Assembly (NCBI GenBank): GCA_029856125.1 | Contig: JAHQWJ010000139.1 | Location: 1 to 64,000, forward strand | Length of the DNA: 64,000 bases | Reading direction: 5' to 3' | Source: Promethearchaeia archaeon | GTDB lineage: Archaea > Asgardarchaeota > Lokiarchaeia > Sigyniarchaeales > SOKP01 | Part shown: one piece after another, positions 40,111 through 49,912 of the stretch | How the letters are laid out: each line of letters starts with the position of its first letter | Numbering within the stretch: position 1 is the first letter of the stretch | Position numbers and translations under genes: made by a program | Notes under the pieces: model-generated | Told to the model about the DNA's origin: nothing | Database searches by the model: none | Seen by the model: only the letters and a program-made list of their open reading frames with translations

Positions 40111-40686
40111 TTAATAGGTCTTCACTAACTTCCATCTCCTCTTAGAAAAAAGAACTAGAACAAAGATTATTCCTATAATAGAAACAAGAAATACAGGTAA
40201 TGCGAAATCAATGTTATTTACTGCCTCATTTAGCCAATAATCATAACCCTCAGCTATCCACTCAGAAATTCCTCCCAACATGTTATAAACTTTCGTAAAA
40301 TTATAATAATTGTTATCAATCAAGATATCGCTAGCTTGCCCACTTCTAAATCCAGTATTACAATATACTATAATCTCCGTATCATTATAGGGTGCGAGTT
40401 CAGCCAACCTTCCTTCAAGTTCGGCAAGTGGGATCAAAGTAGCGTTGTATAAATGATTCGTGTTAAATTCCCCTGAGGTTCTTACATCTAAAACAAGCAG
40501 ATCCGGATATGCAGTGTTATTATTTATCATATCGTTTGCTACTTGAACGGTAATATCAGTTCTTACCGGATCAGCTGCTATCCCCGGCGAAGCAAAATTA
40601 TAAAATTGGATTAAAAGTAACGAAATCACGATTAGATATAACGTGCTTCTACTCTTCCTACTTTTCTTAAATTTTATTTTTAGCAT
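40111..40686 (-). CDS. Exported, membrane-anchored rhodanese-domain protein
   Basis: Signal peptide; LDVRT..EF...H; YCNTGFRS; MLGGISEW; C-terminal TM plus basic tail. Confidence 0.8.
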   Translation of the reverse strand: MLKIKFKKSRKSRSTLYLIVISLLLIQFYNFASPGIAADPVRTDITVQVANDMINNNTAYPDLLVLDVRTSGEFNTNHLYNATLIPLAELEGRLAELAPYNDTEIIVYCNTGFRSGQASDILIDNNYYNFTKVYNMLGGISEWIAEGYDYWLNEAVNNIDFALPVFLVSIIGIIFVLVLFSKRRWKLVKTY

Positions 40687-40890
40687 AAGAATCTTAATTT
40701 AGTTTACTAAAACTTAGTTTAAATTAGAATTTCCACTTTTTAATTTTTATTCTTATTTTATAAAGGTTTATTATGTTATAGAACAATTTCCTTGGATGTT
40801 TGAGTGAGTTTAGTGAAGGAAGAATTTATAAAAGAACAAATTCAATTTGATATTTAGGTTAGAAATTTAAATAAAACACGCACGATAATT

Positions 40891-41691
40891 ATGAATGCTG
40901 AAAATAATTTTATGGGTTGGGAGAATCCGGGATCAGCTTTAATAACAGGTTCTTCATCTGGAATTGGAGCTGAATTTGCCCGACAATTAGCACAACAAGG
41001 TTTTAACTTAATTTTAGTAGCTAGAAGAAAAGAAAAGTTAGATGCTCTTAGCAAAACATTACAAGAAAAATATTCTAATGATGTTGAAGTGCTTGTTGCT
41101 GATTTATCCAATATTTCTGATAACAAACAAGTTATTTCAAGAATCAATGAAATAGAAAATCTTGACATACTTATAAACAACGCTGGATTTGGAATTTTGG
41201 ATAATTTCCTACAGATAGAGAGGATGAAACATGTCGAAATGATAAATGTCCATTTCACAAGTCCCGTGATGCTTTGTCACGCTACGATTCCCGGAATGGT
41301 AAGAAGAAAGCGGGGAGTTATTATCAATACATCGTCAATCTTTGCAATAAATAAGGATTCCTCGCTAATAATGTATACAACTACTAAATCAGCTGTAGCT
41401 ATTTTTTCGGAGTTACTCAAAGTAAAAGTCAAGGGAACTGGAATTTTTGTACAAGCATTGTGTCCCGGTTTTACCTATACCGAATTTCACGACACCGATG
41501 CTATGAGCGGCTTTCAAAGAAGCTTGTATAAAGCAGAACAATGGATGAAAGCAGAAGAAGTTGTTTCGCTTTCACTTGACGCTGTTAAATCCAAATCTGT
41601 AATCTTCATACCTGGAGAGATAAATTTAGTTGAAGGTAAAAACTTGCGTAAAAAGAAACTCAAAAAGTACCTTAATTGCGAATGGTTATAA
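40891..41691 (+). CDS. Short-chain dehydrogenase/reductase
   Basis: TGSSSGIG, NNAG, YTTTK, LCPGF. Confidence 0.9.
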   Translation: MNAENNFMGWENPGSALITGSSSGIGAEFARQLAQQGFNLILVARRKEKLDALSKTLQEKYSNDVEVLVADLSNISDNKQVISRINEIENLDILINNAGFGILDNFLQIERMKHVEMINVHFTSPVMLCHATIPGMVRRKRGVIINTSSIFAINKDSSLIMYTTTKSAVAIFSELLKVKVKGTGIFVQALCPGFTYTEFHDTDAMSGFQRSLYKAEQWMKAEEVVSLSLDAVKSKSVIFIPGEINLVEGKNLRKKKLKKYLNCEWL

Positions 41692-41836
41692 CTCTTCTTA
41701 TGATTGAGCACCCTATCCACTTAAATTAGTATTTTCTTAAGCTTTAAAATTATAACGTAAATAGTTAAATACTAAATTATTAAATTTAAAACTATTATTC
41801 ACTTAAGTGAAGTTCATAACCAATACTTTGATAAAA

Positions 41837-42304
41837 ATGCTAAAAAAAAAAACTTATTATGCTTTATCGGTCTTCTTTATCGTATTCTTAACCATAGCAG
41901 GCGTTAATGTTAGAGCACACCCACCTGATGCTATGTCCCTGGAATTCAATTCAGGTACAAATACACTTAAAGTTTCAATCACGCACGGAGTTTCTGATAA
42001 CACATCTCATTATGTAGTTTCAGTAGTAGTTAGAGTTAATGGATCTATAGACCAGACCGAATTCTACACAAGCCAACCCGATGTGGCTTTTTTTATTTAT
42101 GAGTATACTGTAATAACAAATAATGGGTCTACTATTCAGGTAACAGCAACATGTAGCCAAGGAGGCTCCATAACACGAACATTGGGGGGTGAAAGCACAC
42201 CTACCGATGGAGCTATTCCTGGATATATGGGGCTATATATAGTTCTAGTAGTTTCTGTAATTACTCTACTAATGACTTTTCGTAAAAAATTAAAAAGAAT
42301 ATGA
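41837..42304 (+). CDS. Exported protein with His-rich beta domain and IPGY-TM-basic C-terminal sorting signal (Loki-CTERM-like)
   Basis: Signal peptide ending VRA/HPP; HGV..HYV; AIPGY + hydrophobic helix + RKKLKR. Confidence 0.65.
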   Translation: MLKKKTYYALSVFFIVFLTIAGVNVRAHPPDAMSLEFNSGTNTLKVSITHGVSDNTSHYVVSVVVRVNGSIDQTEFYTSQPDVAFFIYEYTVITNNGSTIQVTATCSQGGSITRTLGGESTPTDGAIPGYMGLYIVLVVSVITLLMTFRKKLKRI

Positions 42305-42324
42305 GTTAAAGCAGTAAACAACAA

Positions 42325-42344
42325 TTTTTTTTTATTTTTTTTTT
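42325..42344 (+). terminator. Oligo-U tracts downstream of 41837..42304
   Basis: T9-A-T10 about 20 nt after the stop. Confidence 0.4.
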
Positions 42345-42440
42345 AAAAGATTAATACTTGGTTGTTACCCAAAAATTAAGATATGATATACAATAGATAC
42401 AATATAGCAAAATTAGAAATAAAACTGAGGTATAAACAAG

Positions 42441-43280
42441 ATGGAAGTAATTATAGGCTTTTTAACGATATTTCTTATTGGGAGTCTCAGTTTAATTGGA
42501 TTATTTATGATTTCAATTAGAGAAAAGACATTAGATAAAATCCTTTTCATTCTGGTGGCGTTTGCAACTGGCACAATTCTGGCATCTGCGTTATTCGATT
42601 TAATTCCAGAATCCATTCACCATCTAGAAGAATTGAATTCAGGTGGAGCTGAAATTGCTGAAAACTTAGTTTTTGTGTTTATTATTTTTGGTTTTGTGAT
42701 ATTTTTTGTCATTGAACGCTTTATTTATTGGTTTCATGGACATGCTCACGAAAATGAAAACAAGTTGGTGTGTTATACCGGATTAGGAGAGGGTGAGGAC
42801 TATTCGTTGTCACGAGATAGTGGCGTTAAAAATTTTGCTCTTCTTAACTTAATCGGGGATGGACTTCATAACTATTTAGATGGGATAATCATAATGGTTG
42901 CTTTTTTAAGTGGAACCAGAAATGGTATAATTATTACACTCGCTGTACTATTCCACGAGTTTCCTCAAGAAATCGGCGATTTCGGAATACTTTTATTCGG
43001 TGGTTTTTCAAAGAAAAAAGCACTATTCTTCAATTTTATGAGTGGAATGATTGCCTTATTAGGTGGATTAACAGCATTTATCTTGTCAGACACAGTAGAA
43101 ATCTTTAATCTGTTTTTCTTAGCATTCTCGGGTGGTGGTTTTTTATATATCGCTAGTACTGAACTCATGCCTGAATTGATAAAGGAAAAGGATTTAAAAA
43201 AATCGATAATACAAGCACTCATTTTTTTATGTGGGGTAATCTTAATAATGTCTTTAGTAACTTTACTACCACATGAATAA
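42441..43280 (+). CDS. ZIP family metal transporter
   Basis: HGHAH loop, GDGLHNYLDG, HEFPQEIGDF, GGFLYIA. Confidence 0.9.
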   Translation: MEVIIGFLTIFLIGSLSLIGLFMISIREKTLDKILFILVAFATGTILASALFDLIPESIHHLEELNSGGAEIAENLVFVFIIFGFVIFFVIERFIYWFHGHAHENENKLVCYTGLGEGEDYSLSRDSGVKNFALLNLIGDGLHNYLDGIIIMVAFLSGTRNGIIITLAVLFHEFPQEIGDFGILLFGGFSKKKALFFNFMSGMIALLGGLTAFILSDTVEIFNLFFLAFSGGGFLYIASTELMPELIKEKDLKKSIIQALIFLCGVILIMSLVTLLPHE

Positions 43281-43320
43281 ACAACTTATAAGGATATAAA
43301 AAAAAATAAATTAGTATTTT

Positions 43321-43509
43321 TTACTGCTTCTTCCTGGTAATATAAGGAAACTTATCAGAGTATTCGAATAACTCTGGATAATTGAGTTTCCACCCTCGAG
43401 ATTTAAGTATTTTTTTCCTATTTTTTTGTTTATGGATGACTTTTCTACTTATTCTATTTCGAGGATATTTCTTCTTTTTTCTTCTTTGCTTCTGATATAT
43501 TACTGACAT
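43321..43509 (-). CDS. Small highly basic protein (62 aa)
   Basis: K/R-rich ORF; GGTGAGGTG plus hairpin upstream. Confidence 0.5.
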   Translation of the reverse strand: MSVIYQKQRRKKKKYPRNRISRKVIHKQKNRKKILKSRGWKLNYPELFEYSDKFPYITRKKQ

Positions 43510-44098
43510 GCTAATCCGTCATATCGAATTAGCCACCTCACCAATTAGGTCTTAATACATTTCTTGTTCAATTAAATGTTACAATATGGTAAATGAAAGT
43601 AAATTTTAATTCAATATAAATAAGATATCAGTTCTCTTATTTAAACCTTTCCTTCTTCTGTATTATTAATCTATCCGTAAATATCACTAGGAAAATCGCT
43701 CGATTTAAATAAATAATCACAAAAATGAAGGTACTCACTTTTTTGAGCCATTATTTAATATATCTTCTATCTATTTTTAACTACTTCCTAATATAATTTC
43801 AACAACTAAATTAGTTGATGGAAGTTAAAAATCTTGCTAATGTGTTTTCCGAAGTAGTCTTCAAGGACTACAAGTGTGCTATTGAAACGAGCATTGAAAA
43901 CAGTCTGTTTTTTTGAAAGAAAAAAAAGCCAATAGAACCTGGCAACAATAATTCCCCAGATTTAAGTTCAATTTACTAAAATAATGATTCTTTTCTAACA
44001 TTTTTCATCAAATGTTAAAACTAAGTTACTTTTTATTTGATTAAATAAAGTAGATCGTAAGTAATATAAAGAAGAATTAAAATTTAAAAATATCTGAT

Positions 44099-46081
44099 TT
44101 AGTTTTTGTATTCATCTGAGGATTTCATTTCATCTTCATCCTCGATTTCTTCATCATCTTCGGGCTTAGGCTTATAAAAAGGTTCTGAGACTATATCATG
44201 TTCTGGTTCGGGAATAGGTTCGTATACTGGTTCCGGTTCTGATTCCGGCTCTGGTGTAGCTTCATATACTGGTTTTGATTCTGGCTCTGATGTAGCTTCA
44301 TATACTGGTTTTGATTCTGGCTCTGGAGTAGGTTCATATACTGGTTCTGGTTCCGGTTCTGGCGTAGGTTCGTACATTGTTTCATATACTGGTTCCGGTT
44401 CTGGTTCCGGCTCAGTTTCTAGCGTAGGTTCATATACTGGTTCTGGTTCTGGCGTAGGTTCATATACTGGTTCAGGCTCTGGCGTAGGTTCATATACTGG
44501 TTCAGGCTCTGGCGTAGGTTCATATACTGGTTCTGGCGTAGGTTCATATACTGGTTCTGGTTCTGGAGTAGGTTCATATACTGGTTCTGGTTCTGGAGTA
44601 GGTTCATATACTGGTTCTGGTTCCGGTTCTGGCGTAGGTTCGTACATTGTTTCATATACTGGTTCCGGTTCTGGTTCCGGTTCTGGTTCCGGTTCTGGTT
44701 CCGGCTCAGTTTCTAGCGTAGGTTCATATACTGGTTCTGGTTCTGGCGTAGGTTCATATACTGGTTCAGGCTCTGGCGTAGGTTCATATACTGGTTCTGG
44801 TTCAGGCTCTGGCGTAGGTTCATATGCTGGTTCAAGTTCAGGCTCTGGAGTAGATTCATATACTGGTTCTGGTTCCGGTTCAGTTTCTAGCGTAGGTTCA
44901 TATACTGGTTCTGGTTCTGGCGTAGGTTCGTACATTGTTTCATATACTGGTTCCGGTTCTGGTTCCAGTTCTGGTTCCGGCTCAGTTTCTAGCGTAGGTT
45001 CATATACTGGTTCCGGCTCTGGCGTAGGTTCATATGCTGGTTCAAGTTCAGGCTCTGGAGTAGATTCATATACTGGTTCTGGTTCCGGTTCAGTTTCTAG
45101 CGTAGGTTCATATACTGGTTCTGGTTCTGGTTCTGGCGTAGGTTCATATACTGGTTCAGGCTCTGGAGTAGATTCATATACTGGTTCTGGTTCCGGCTCA
45201 GGTTCAGGAGTAGATTCATATACTGGTTCTGGTTCAGGTTCTGGCGTAGGTTCATATACTGGTTCTGGCTCTGGAGTAGGTTCATATAATGGTTCTGGCT
45301 CTGGAGTAGGTTCATATAATGGTTCTGGCTCTGGAGTAGGTTCATATACTGGCTCAGGCTCTGGAGTAGGTTCATATACTGGCTCAGGCTCTGGAGTAGG
45401 TTCATATACTGGCTCAGGCTCTGGAGTAGGTTCATATACTGGCTCAGGCTCTGGAGTAGGTTCATATACTGGCTCAGGTTCCCGCTCAGGTTCAGGAGTA
45501 GGTTCATATACTGGTTCTGGTTCCGGTTCTGGGGTAGGTTCATATACTGGTTCTGGTTCTGGTTCTTGGGTAGGTTCATATACTGGTTCCGGTTCTGGTT
45601 CTTGGGTAGGTTCATATACTGGTTCTGGTTCTGGCTCAGCTCTTTTTTTTACAATGGGTTCATCAATTATATATTTTTTATCAGGAGCTTTTTGAGTTAT
45701 CGTAAATGGATTACTCTCAGGTTGTATCATTTGAGGTCCCAGAAAAATGTTTTTTGGTTTTATTTTTTTCTTATCTATTAGTAGTTCTAATTCGAAGCTT
45801 CCTGGAGTGAGGAAATCTACGCCATCAATATCATTTTTTAATGTAGTATCCCATTCAATCGTTTTACTCTCTGATTTTTTTATATTATCCTTAGATTCTG
45901 GTCTGAGCTTTTTAGTTAGTAAAACTTTAGTCTGAAATATTATCTTTCCTTGAAAATCGTGTTCCTTCTTCCCTTTAGTTGTCCACCTCAGGTGAAAACC
46001 ATCAGAATGTTTCCATAAAACATATCCTAAGAATTGACCTGAACTGAAATCTGTACGACCTTTGATCTCTTTTACATTCAT
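44099..46081 (-). CDS. Protein with globular N-domain and about 480 aa Pro/Glu/Tyr tandem repeat ([10 protein letters not shown])
   Basis: Likely start ATG 46081 (MNVKEI); no signal peptide or TM; acidic tail. Confidence 0.8.
   Translation of the reverse strand: MNVKEIKGRTDFSSGQFLGYVLWKHSDGFHLRWTTKGKKEHDFQGKIIFQTKVLLTKKLRPESKDNIKKSESKTIEWDTTLKNDIDGVDFLTPGSFELELLIDKKKIKPKNIFLGPQMIQPESNPFTITQKAPDKKYIIDEPIVKKRAEPEPEPVYEPTQEPEPEPVYEPTQEPEPEPVYEPTPEPEPEPVYEPTPEPEREPEPVYEPTPEPEPVYEPTPEPEPVYEPTPEPEPVYEPTPEPEPVYEPTPEPEPLYEPTPEPEPLYEPTPEPEPVYEPTPEPEPEPVYESTPEPEPEPEPVYESTPEPEPVYEPTPEPEPEPVYEPTLETEPEPEPVYESTPEPELEPAYEPTPEPEPVYEPTLETEPEPELEPEPEPVYETMYEPTPEPEPVYEPTLETEPEPEPVYESTPEPELEPAYEPTPEPEPEPVYEPTPEPEPVYEPTPEPEPVYEPTLETEPEPEPEPEPEPEPEPVYETMYEPTPEPEPEPVYEPTPEPEPVYEPTPEPEPVYEPTPEPVYEPTPEPEPVYEPTPEPEPVYEPTPEPEPVYEPTLETEPEPEPEPVYETMYEPTPEPEPEPVYEPTPEPESKPVYEATSEPESKPVYEATPEPESEPEPVYEPIPEPEHDIVSEPFYKPKPEDDEEIEDEDEMKSSDEYKN
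44200..45640. repeat. Coding tandem repeat, about 30-42 bp units built from 6-bp (EP) modules
   Basis: Recurrent ggttcatatactggttctgg; all length variation is in multiples of 3. Confidence 0.95.
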
Positions 46082-46212
46082 TTTTATTTCTCTTAAATTA
46101 TGAAGTAATTTCAGATAAATTATGTAACAATTTGTTAATAAATTTTTACTAAACGAAAAAGTATTTGAGATATGTTTTGTTCTATTTCTTATTAAAAAAT
46201 TAGGTAACAAAA

Positions 46213-47487
46213 TTGGGGATTACTGAGGATACGCCCTCTTTCCATGCTGGAGAGGTAGATAAATGTGATAATCTATTCTCTTATCGTGTCTGGCCCATTT
46301 TTATGCTTTCCTTTTGTCGATTATTTTTCTTATCTATTTTTGAAAGAGCATTTCAAAATTATATCTATTTCAATCAAGATGTAAGCGAGAGTATGCTAGG
46401 AATAATAAGTTCAGCACCTGCAATTGCTTATATTTTCGGTCCTATTCTTGGCCACCTAATTACAAAAAAACTGGGAATTCGAAATTCAATTATAATATCT
46501 GCGATTGGCACTCCTTTCTTAATAGGTGCTCAGATGATATATTTTGAGCCAATTTATCTCATTTTTATTCGAGTTATAAATGGATTATTATTAGGCATAT
46601 TTTGGCCTAATTGTTATAACTTGCTAAGTAGATGGCAAAGTGTCAGTAGTGATGCTAAATCTAATAAAAATTTTAGGCATTTTAATTTCTCTTGGAATCT
46701 AGGCTTTATTTCTGGACTTTTGGTTGGTTACTTTTTGGCTTTCGCTCAGGACGAATATTTCGCTATGACCTTCGCGTTTGTAATTTCATTTTCACTACCT
46801 TTCTTTAGTCTATTCCTTAAAAAGGAATCAGAATTAAACCATGTGGATAGGAATTTCAAAAACAACAATAATGGCCTGAAACTGAACAGTAATGTCGTAC
46901 CTCAAGACCAACAAAATTCAAACAATAAGATGATTGCTTATCCTATTTTATTTTCATGGATCATTTTATTAATATATGCTGCATCAAAATCTGTATTCCG
47001 GTTTGGTTACCCCGTATTTCTAAAAAATTCAGGTAGTCCCTCATATCATTCATATCTAATTCAACTTTCAATGCAAATCGGACAGTTAGGTGGCTTAACC
47101 TGGAGTAACTCTATGAAAATTTATTCAAGAAAAATATCAGTCTATGTTAGTCTTATTATGATAATACTTAGCTCCATAGCAATCGTATTAGTTCAAGATA
47201 TAATATTTATATCTATAATAAGTGCATCTATCGGACTTTTTATAGGACTGATTCAGGGTACTTCGTTAAAAATTATGATTGATTACGGTGCTGCGAAAAA
47301 TACTAAAAAATATTCTACTATAAATGAAGTATTAAAGGGTATCGGATTTGGTTTAACCCCTATTGCTGCGGGTTTTATCGCAGAAATTAACATCTATGGT
47401 GTCTTTGTATTCCTTATAATCCTTGGAGTGTCCGTCTTAATACCCTTACTTTACCTCTCCCGAAATCTAAAATTTAAAAATCGCTGA
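46213..47487 (+). CDS. MFS transporter
   Basis: About 12 TM segments; WPIF..F.RL.F.SIFERA shared with 36703..37983. Confidence 0.8.
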   Translation: MGITEDTPSFHAGEVDKCDNLFSYRVWPIFMLSFCRLFFLSIFERAFQNYIYFNQDVSESMLGIISSAPAIAYIFGPILGHLITKKLGIRNSIIISAIGTPFLIGAQMIYFEPIYLIFIRVINGLLLGIFWPNCYNLLSRWQSVSSDAKSNKNFRHFNFSWNLGFISGLLVGYFLAFAQDEYFAMTFAFVISFSLPFFSLFLKKESELNHVDRNFKNNNNGLKLNSNVVPQDQQNSNNKMIAYPILFSWIILLIYAASKSVFRFGYPVFLKNSGSPSYHSYLIQLSMQIGQLGGLTWSNSMKIYSRKISVYVSLIMIILSSIAIVLVQDIIFISIISASIGLFIGLIQGTSLKIMIDYGAAKNTKKYSTINEVLKGIGFGLTPIAAGFIAEINIYGVFVFLIILGVSVLIPLLYLSRNLKFKNR

Positions 47488-47501
47488 TATTCTCTGATAG
47501 A

Positions 47502-48095
47502 TTAATCCCCATAGGCGACGTGGGCTATATGGAGGGAAATAATTATTATAAAAATTATTAGGCTAGTGTGGAATCTAAACAAGGGTTTTCTTAGCTTTTT
47601 TAGTTTCTTTATCTTTTTTAGAACTACTTTAATTATTATGCCCGTAATTCCGAAAGTTAGATAGAGACTAGCAGTTGTTAAACCTAATATAGCTTTAATG
47701 TTACCTTCAACTATTAACGTTGCCCCATGTATAAGCAAAAGAGTTATCGCTGTACCCCCAGCAAAAAAGTGTAAGAGTGAAAGTGGTTTTTTAACTTTTA
47801 AAAATGCTTTCTGAATCTTTGCACGCCGTTCTTCAAATTTATCGTTTTTGGGCAAAATCTTCTTTGAATTAATGAAAGTTTGATAAAAAAACACATATAT
47901 AATTGACACCGAAAACAAACCAAGCGCAGCTACACCGAGATTTTTTGCTCTATCTTTGAAATCGTCGTCTTCTCCGTCTTCAGCAACTACTGTCGAAGAC
48001 ACACATATCACTCCTAAAGTAAAAATCGTTAAAAAAAGAACTACTTCTAAATAACGCTTATTGAGAGCTGGGAATTCGAATTTATTATGGAACAT
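47502..48095 (-). CDS. Membrane protein with His pairs (cytochrome b-like, tentative)
   Basis: TM helices carrying LHF..IHG and RFH..LHIAH. Confidence 0.45.
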   Translation of the reverse strand: MFHNKFEFPALNKRYLEVVLFLTIFTLGVICVSSTVVAEDGEDDDFKDRAKNLGVAALGLFSVSIIYVFFYQTFINSKKILPKNDKFEERRAKIQKAFLKVKKPLSLLHFFAGGTAITLLLIHGATLIVEGNIKAILGLTTASLYLTFGITGIIIKVVLKKIKKLKKLRKPLFRFHTSLIIFIIIISLHIAHVAYGD

Positions 48096-48147
48096 TTTTC
48101 TCTTACTTTGTTGATGTTAGCTCAATAGTTAGATTATCCAACTATTC

Positions 48148-48179
48148 TAATAAGTCTACTATAAGCTAAAGACTTATTA
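48148..48179. promoter_or_regulatory. Perfect 10-bp inverted repeat in a divergent intergenic region (candidate operator)
   Basis: TAATAAGTCT-N12-AGACTTATTA. Confidence 0.4.
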
Positions 48180-48252
48180 TCTTTTTTGGTTCTAATTTGT
48201 TAGATCATAATTTTTTAGAAGAGATTAATAGCAATAGAAAATTACTTTATCT

Positions 48253-48870
48253 GTGTTTAACGACCTAGATAATCTCTTTAGATTCGATAAAACAAATATT
48301 CGTTTAGCTGGAAAAGTTGCTGCTAAAGCTTATTTTGAAGTCGACGATTTTACGAATTCTTCTAAAGATCCCTCTAAACAGATGAAATATTTAATAAAAT
48401 TAATGAACTTAACATTTCAGATATCTGTAAAATTTGGTAGTGTCTATGCTCCAAGCAAAGCTATTGAGGGAGTTGCCGCTTGGCTACCTCATGATGAATT
48501 TAATTTATCAATTTGGCAATACATACGACATGGAGCTCTTTCCGCGTTTTTTAGAGCAGGAAATGAAGGGCGAAGAAATTTACTGCGATATTCCAACATA
48601 GCTAGTAGAAAACATAAGCAGTATGCAAATTTTCCTCACATGTACTTATATAATCTTGCGATAGACCCCAAATATCAAGGTCTTGGTTATGCTAGCAGAT
48701 TATTAAAACCTATGCTTGCCAAAATTGACGAGAACAACTTACCTTGTTATTTAGAATCGCCCGAAAGAAATTTGGCTCTGTACGAACATTTTGGATTTGA
48801 AATTGTTGAACATATAGCTTTGCCTGAATTCGATAATGAAATATGGTTGATGCTCAGAAGTAATAAATAA
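48253..48870 (+). CDS. GNAT N-acetyltransferase
   Basis: LAIDPKYQGLGYASRLL, CYLES, NLALYEHFGF. Confidence 0.88.
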   Translation: MFNDLDNLFRFDKTNIRLAGKVAAKAYFEVDDFTNSSKDPSKQMKYLIKLMNLTFQISVKFGSVYAPSKAIEGVAAWLPHDEFNLSIWQYIRHGALSAFFRAGNEGRRNLLRYSNIASRKHKQYANFPHMYLYNLAIDPKYQGLGYASRLLKPMLAKIDENNLPCYLESPERNLALYEHFGFEIVEHIALPEFDNEIWLMLRSNK

Positions 48871-49111
48871 CAATCTACCTAAAGTTTTAATAGCATTGCA
48901 TCTCTATCCATGAAAAATTAGGCTTCAAATATAAATGTGGAAAGGTATTGATTCCTGTTTATAATAGAAGAAATAAAATTAATCCAAAATCCTTTTTCTA
49001 TAGGATCGTAGTTCATAAATATACCATATTCCTTTATTTAATACCTAATGATAGTTATTATTAGGTACACATGAATAAACCACCTAATAATATTTTACGG
49101 AGGTAATAAAA

Positions 49112-49279
49112 ATGAAAGCACTGAAAGAACGGATTTGGTTCGATGAAAGTATAGAAATGCTTACGAAGAGTCCAAAAGAATATTATAGAGGAATTTTCAA
49201 TGAAGTTGTAGAAGAAATTAAAAAAAATAATAAATTCGTTAAAAATTTCGACACTTGTCTTACTTGTCCTGAACTATGA
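49112..49279 (+). CDS. Unannotated small protein, 55 aa, ending in CLTCPEL
   Basis: GGAGGT 7 nt before ATG; hand-translated MKALKERIWFDESIEMLTKSPKEYYRGIFNEVVEEIKKNNKFVKNFDTCLTCPEL. Confidence 0.55.
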   Translation: MKALKERIWFDESIEMLTKSPKEYYRGIFNEVVEEIKKNNKFVKNFDTCLTCPEL

Positions 49280-49333
49280 AAATAGAAATAGGGAAAATCC
49301 CTCAGAACAATTAATATTTCTTTTGATCTTTTT

Positions 49334-49912
49334 TTAATTTAATGCTATTCCTTCTAATAACGCTTTTCGATTTAAATCTAAAATTGGGCCTTTAAAATGT
49401 TGATTTATAGATGCTAAAAGATCCTCCTCAGTTAAAGGTAAGAATCTTGCGATGTATCCTAAAATAATCGTGTTTATCATTTTAATGTTCTTAAATTTAT
49501 CAACTATTGGCATTACTGGAACAGTGTAGACATTATCCGAATTCTCATTTAGAACTATTGATAGATCTTCTTCCAAAGGATATTCACGAGTCCGTGTTTC
49601 TTTTTGGTAAGTTGCTACAATCAGTTTAGAACTTCGATCAGGTTTTGCAAATTCTAATACGTCTAAAATGCTTGCCTTTTCAGTGGAGATTATCATATCA
49701 GCTGATCCTATAATAGGTATAGGGGCAGCAATCTTTTCTCCAAAACGAAGGAAGCAAATTACCTTTCCGCCCCTCTGGCTAAGACCGTGTTTTTCAGAAG
49801 TTATTACTTTATATCCTTTTTGCATTAGACTGTTTCCTAATATTTGTAAAAACCTAATTAAACCTTGCCCACCTAAGCCTGTAATAACAATTGTGTAGTT
49901 ATTACTATTCAT
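49334..49912 (-). CDS. iorB: Indolepyruvate:ferredoxin oxidoreductase beta subunit
   Basis: GLGGQG, SEKHGLSQRGG; overlaps iorA. Confidence 0.85.
   Translation of the reverse strand: MNSNNYTIVITGLGGQGLIRFLQILGNSLMQKGYKVITSEKHGLSQRGGKVICFLRFGEKIAAPIPIIGSADMIISTEKASILDVLEFAKPDRSSKLIVATYQKETRTREYPLEEDLSIVLNENSDNVYTVPVMPIVDKFKNIKMINTIILGYIARFLPLTEEDLLASINQHFKGPILDLNRKALLEGIALN

Noticed and set aside
43818-43916. 32-codon plus-strand ORF (MEVKNLANVF...)
   Set aside because: No RBS, no recognisable motif; cannot be distinguished from chance
44191-45615. Q/N-rich ORFs (QNQYMNL...) that look prion-like
   Set aside because: Alternative frames of the EPVYE repeat, broken by stops; the long frame is continuous with a globular domain
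44200-45640. Possible CRISPR array
   Set aside because: No unique spacers, frame-preserving coding repeat, no cas genes
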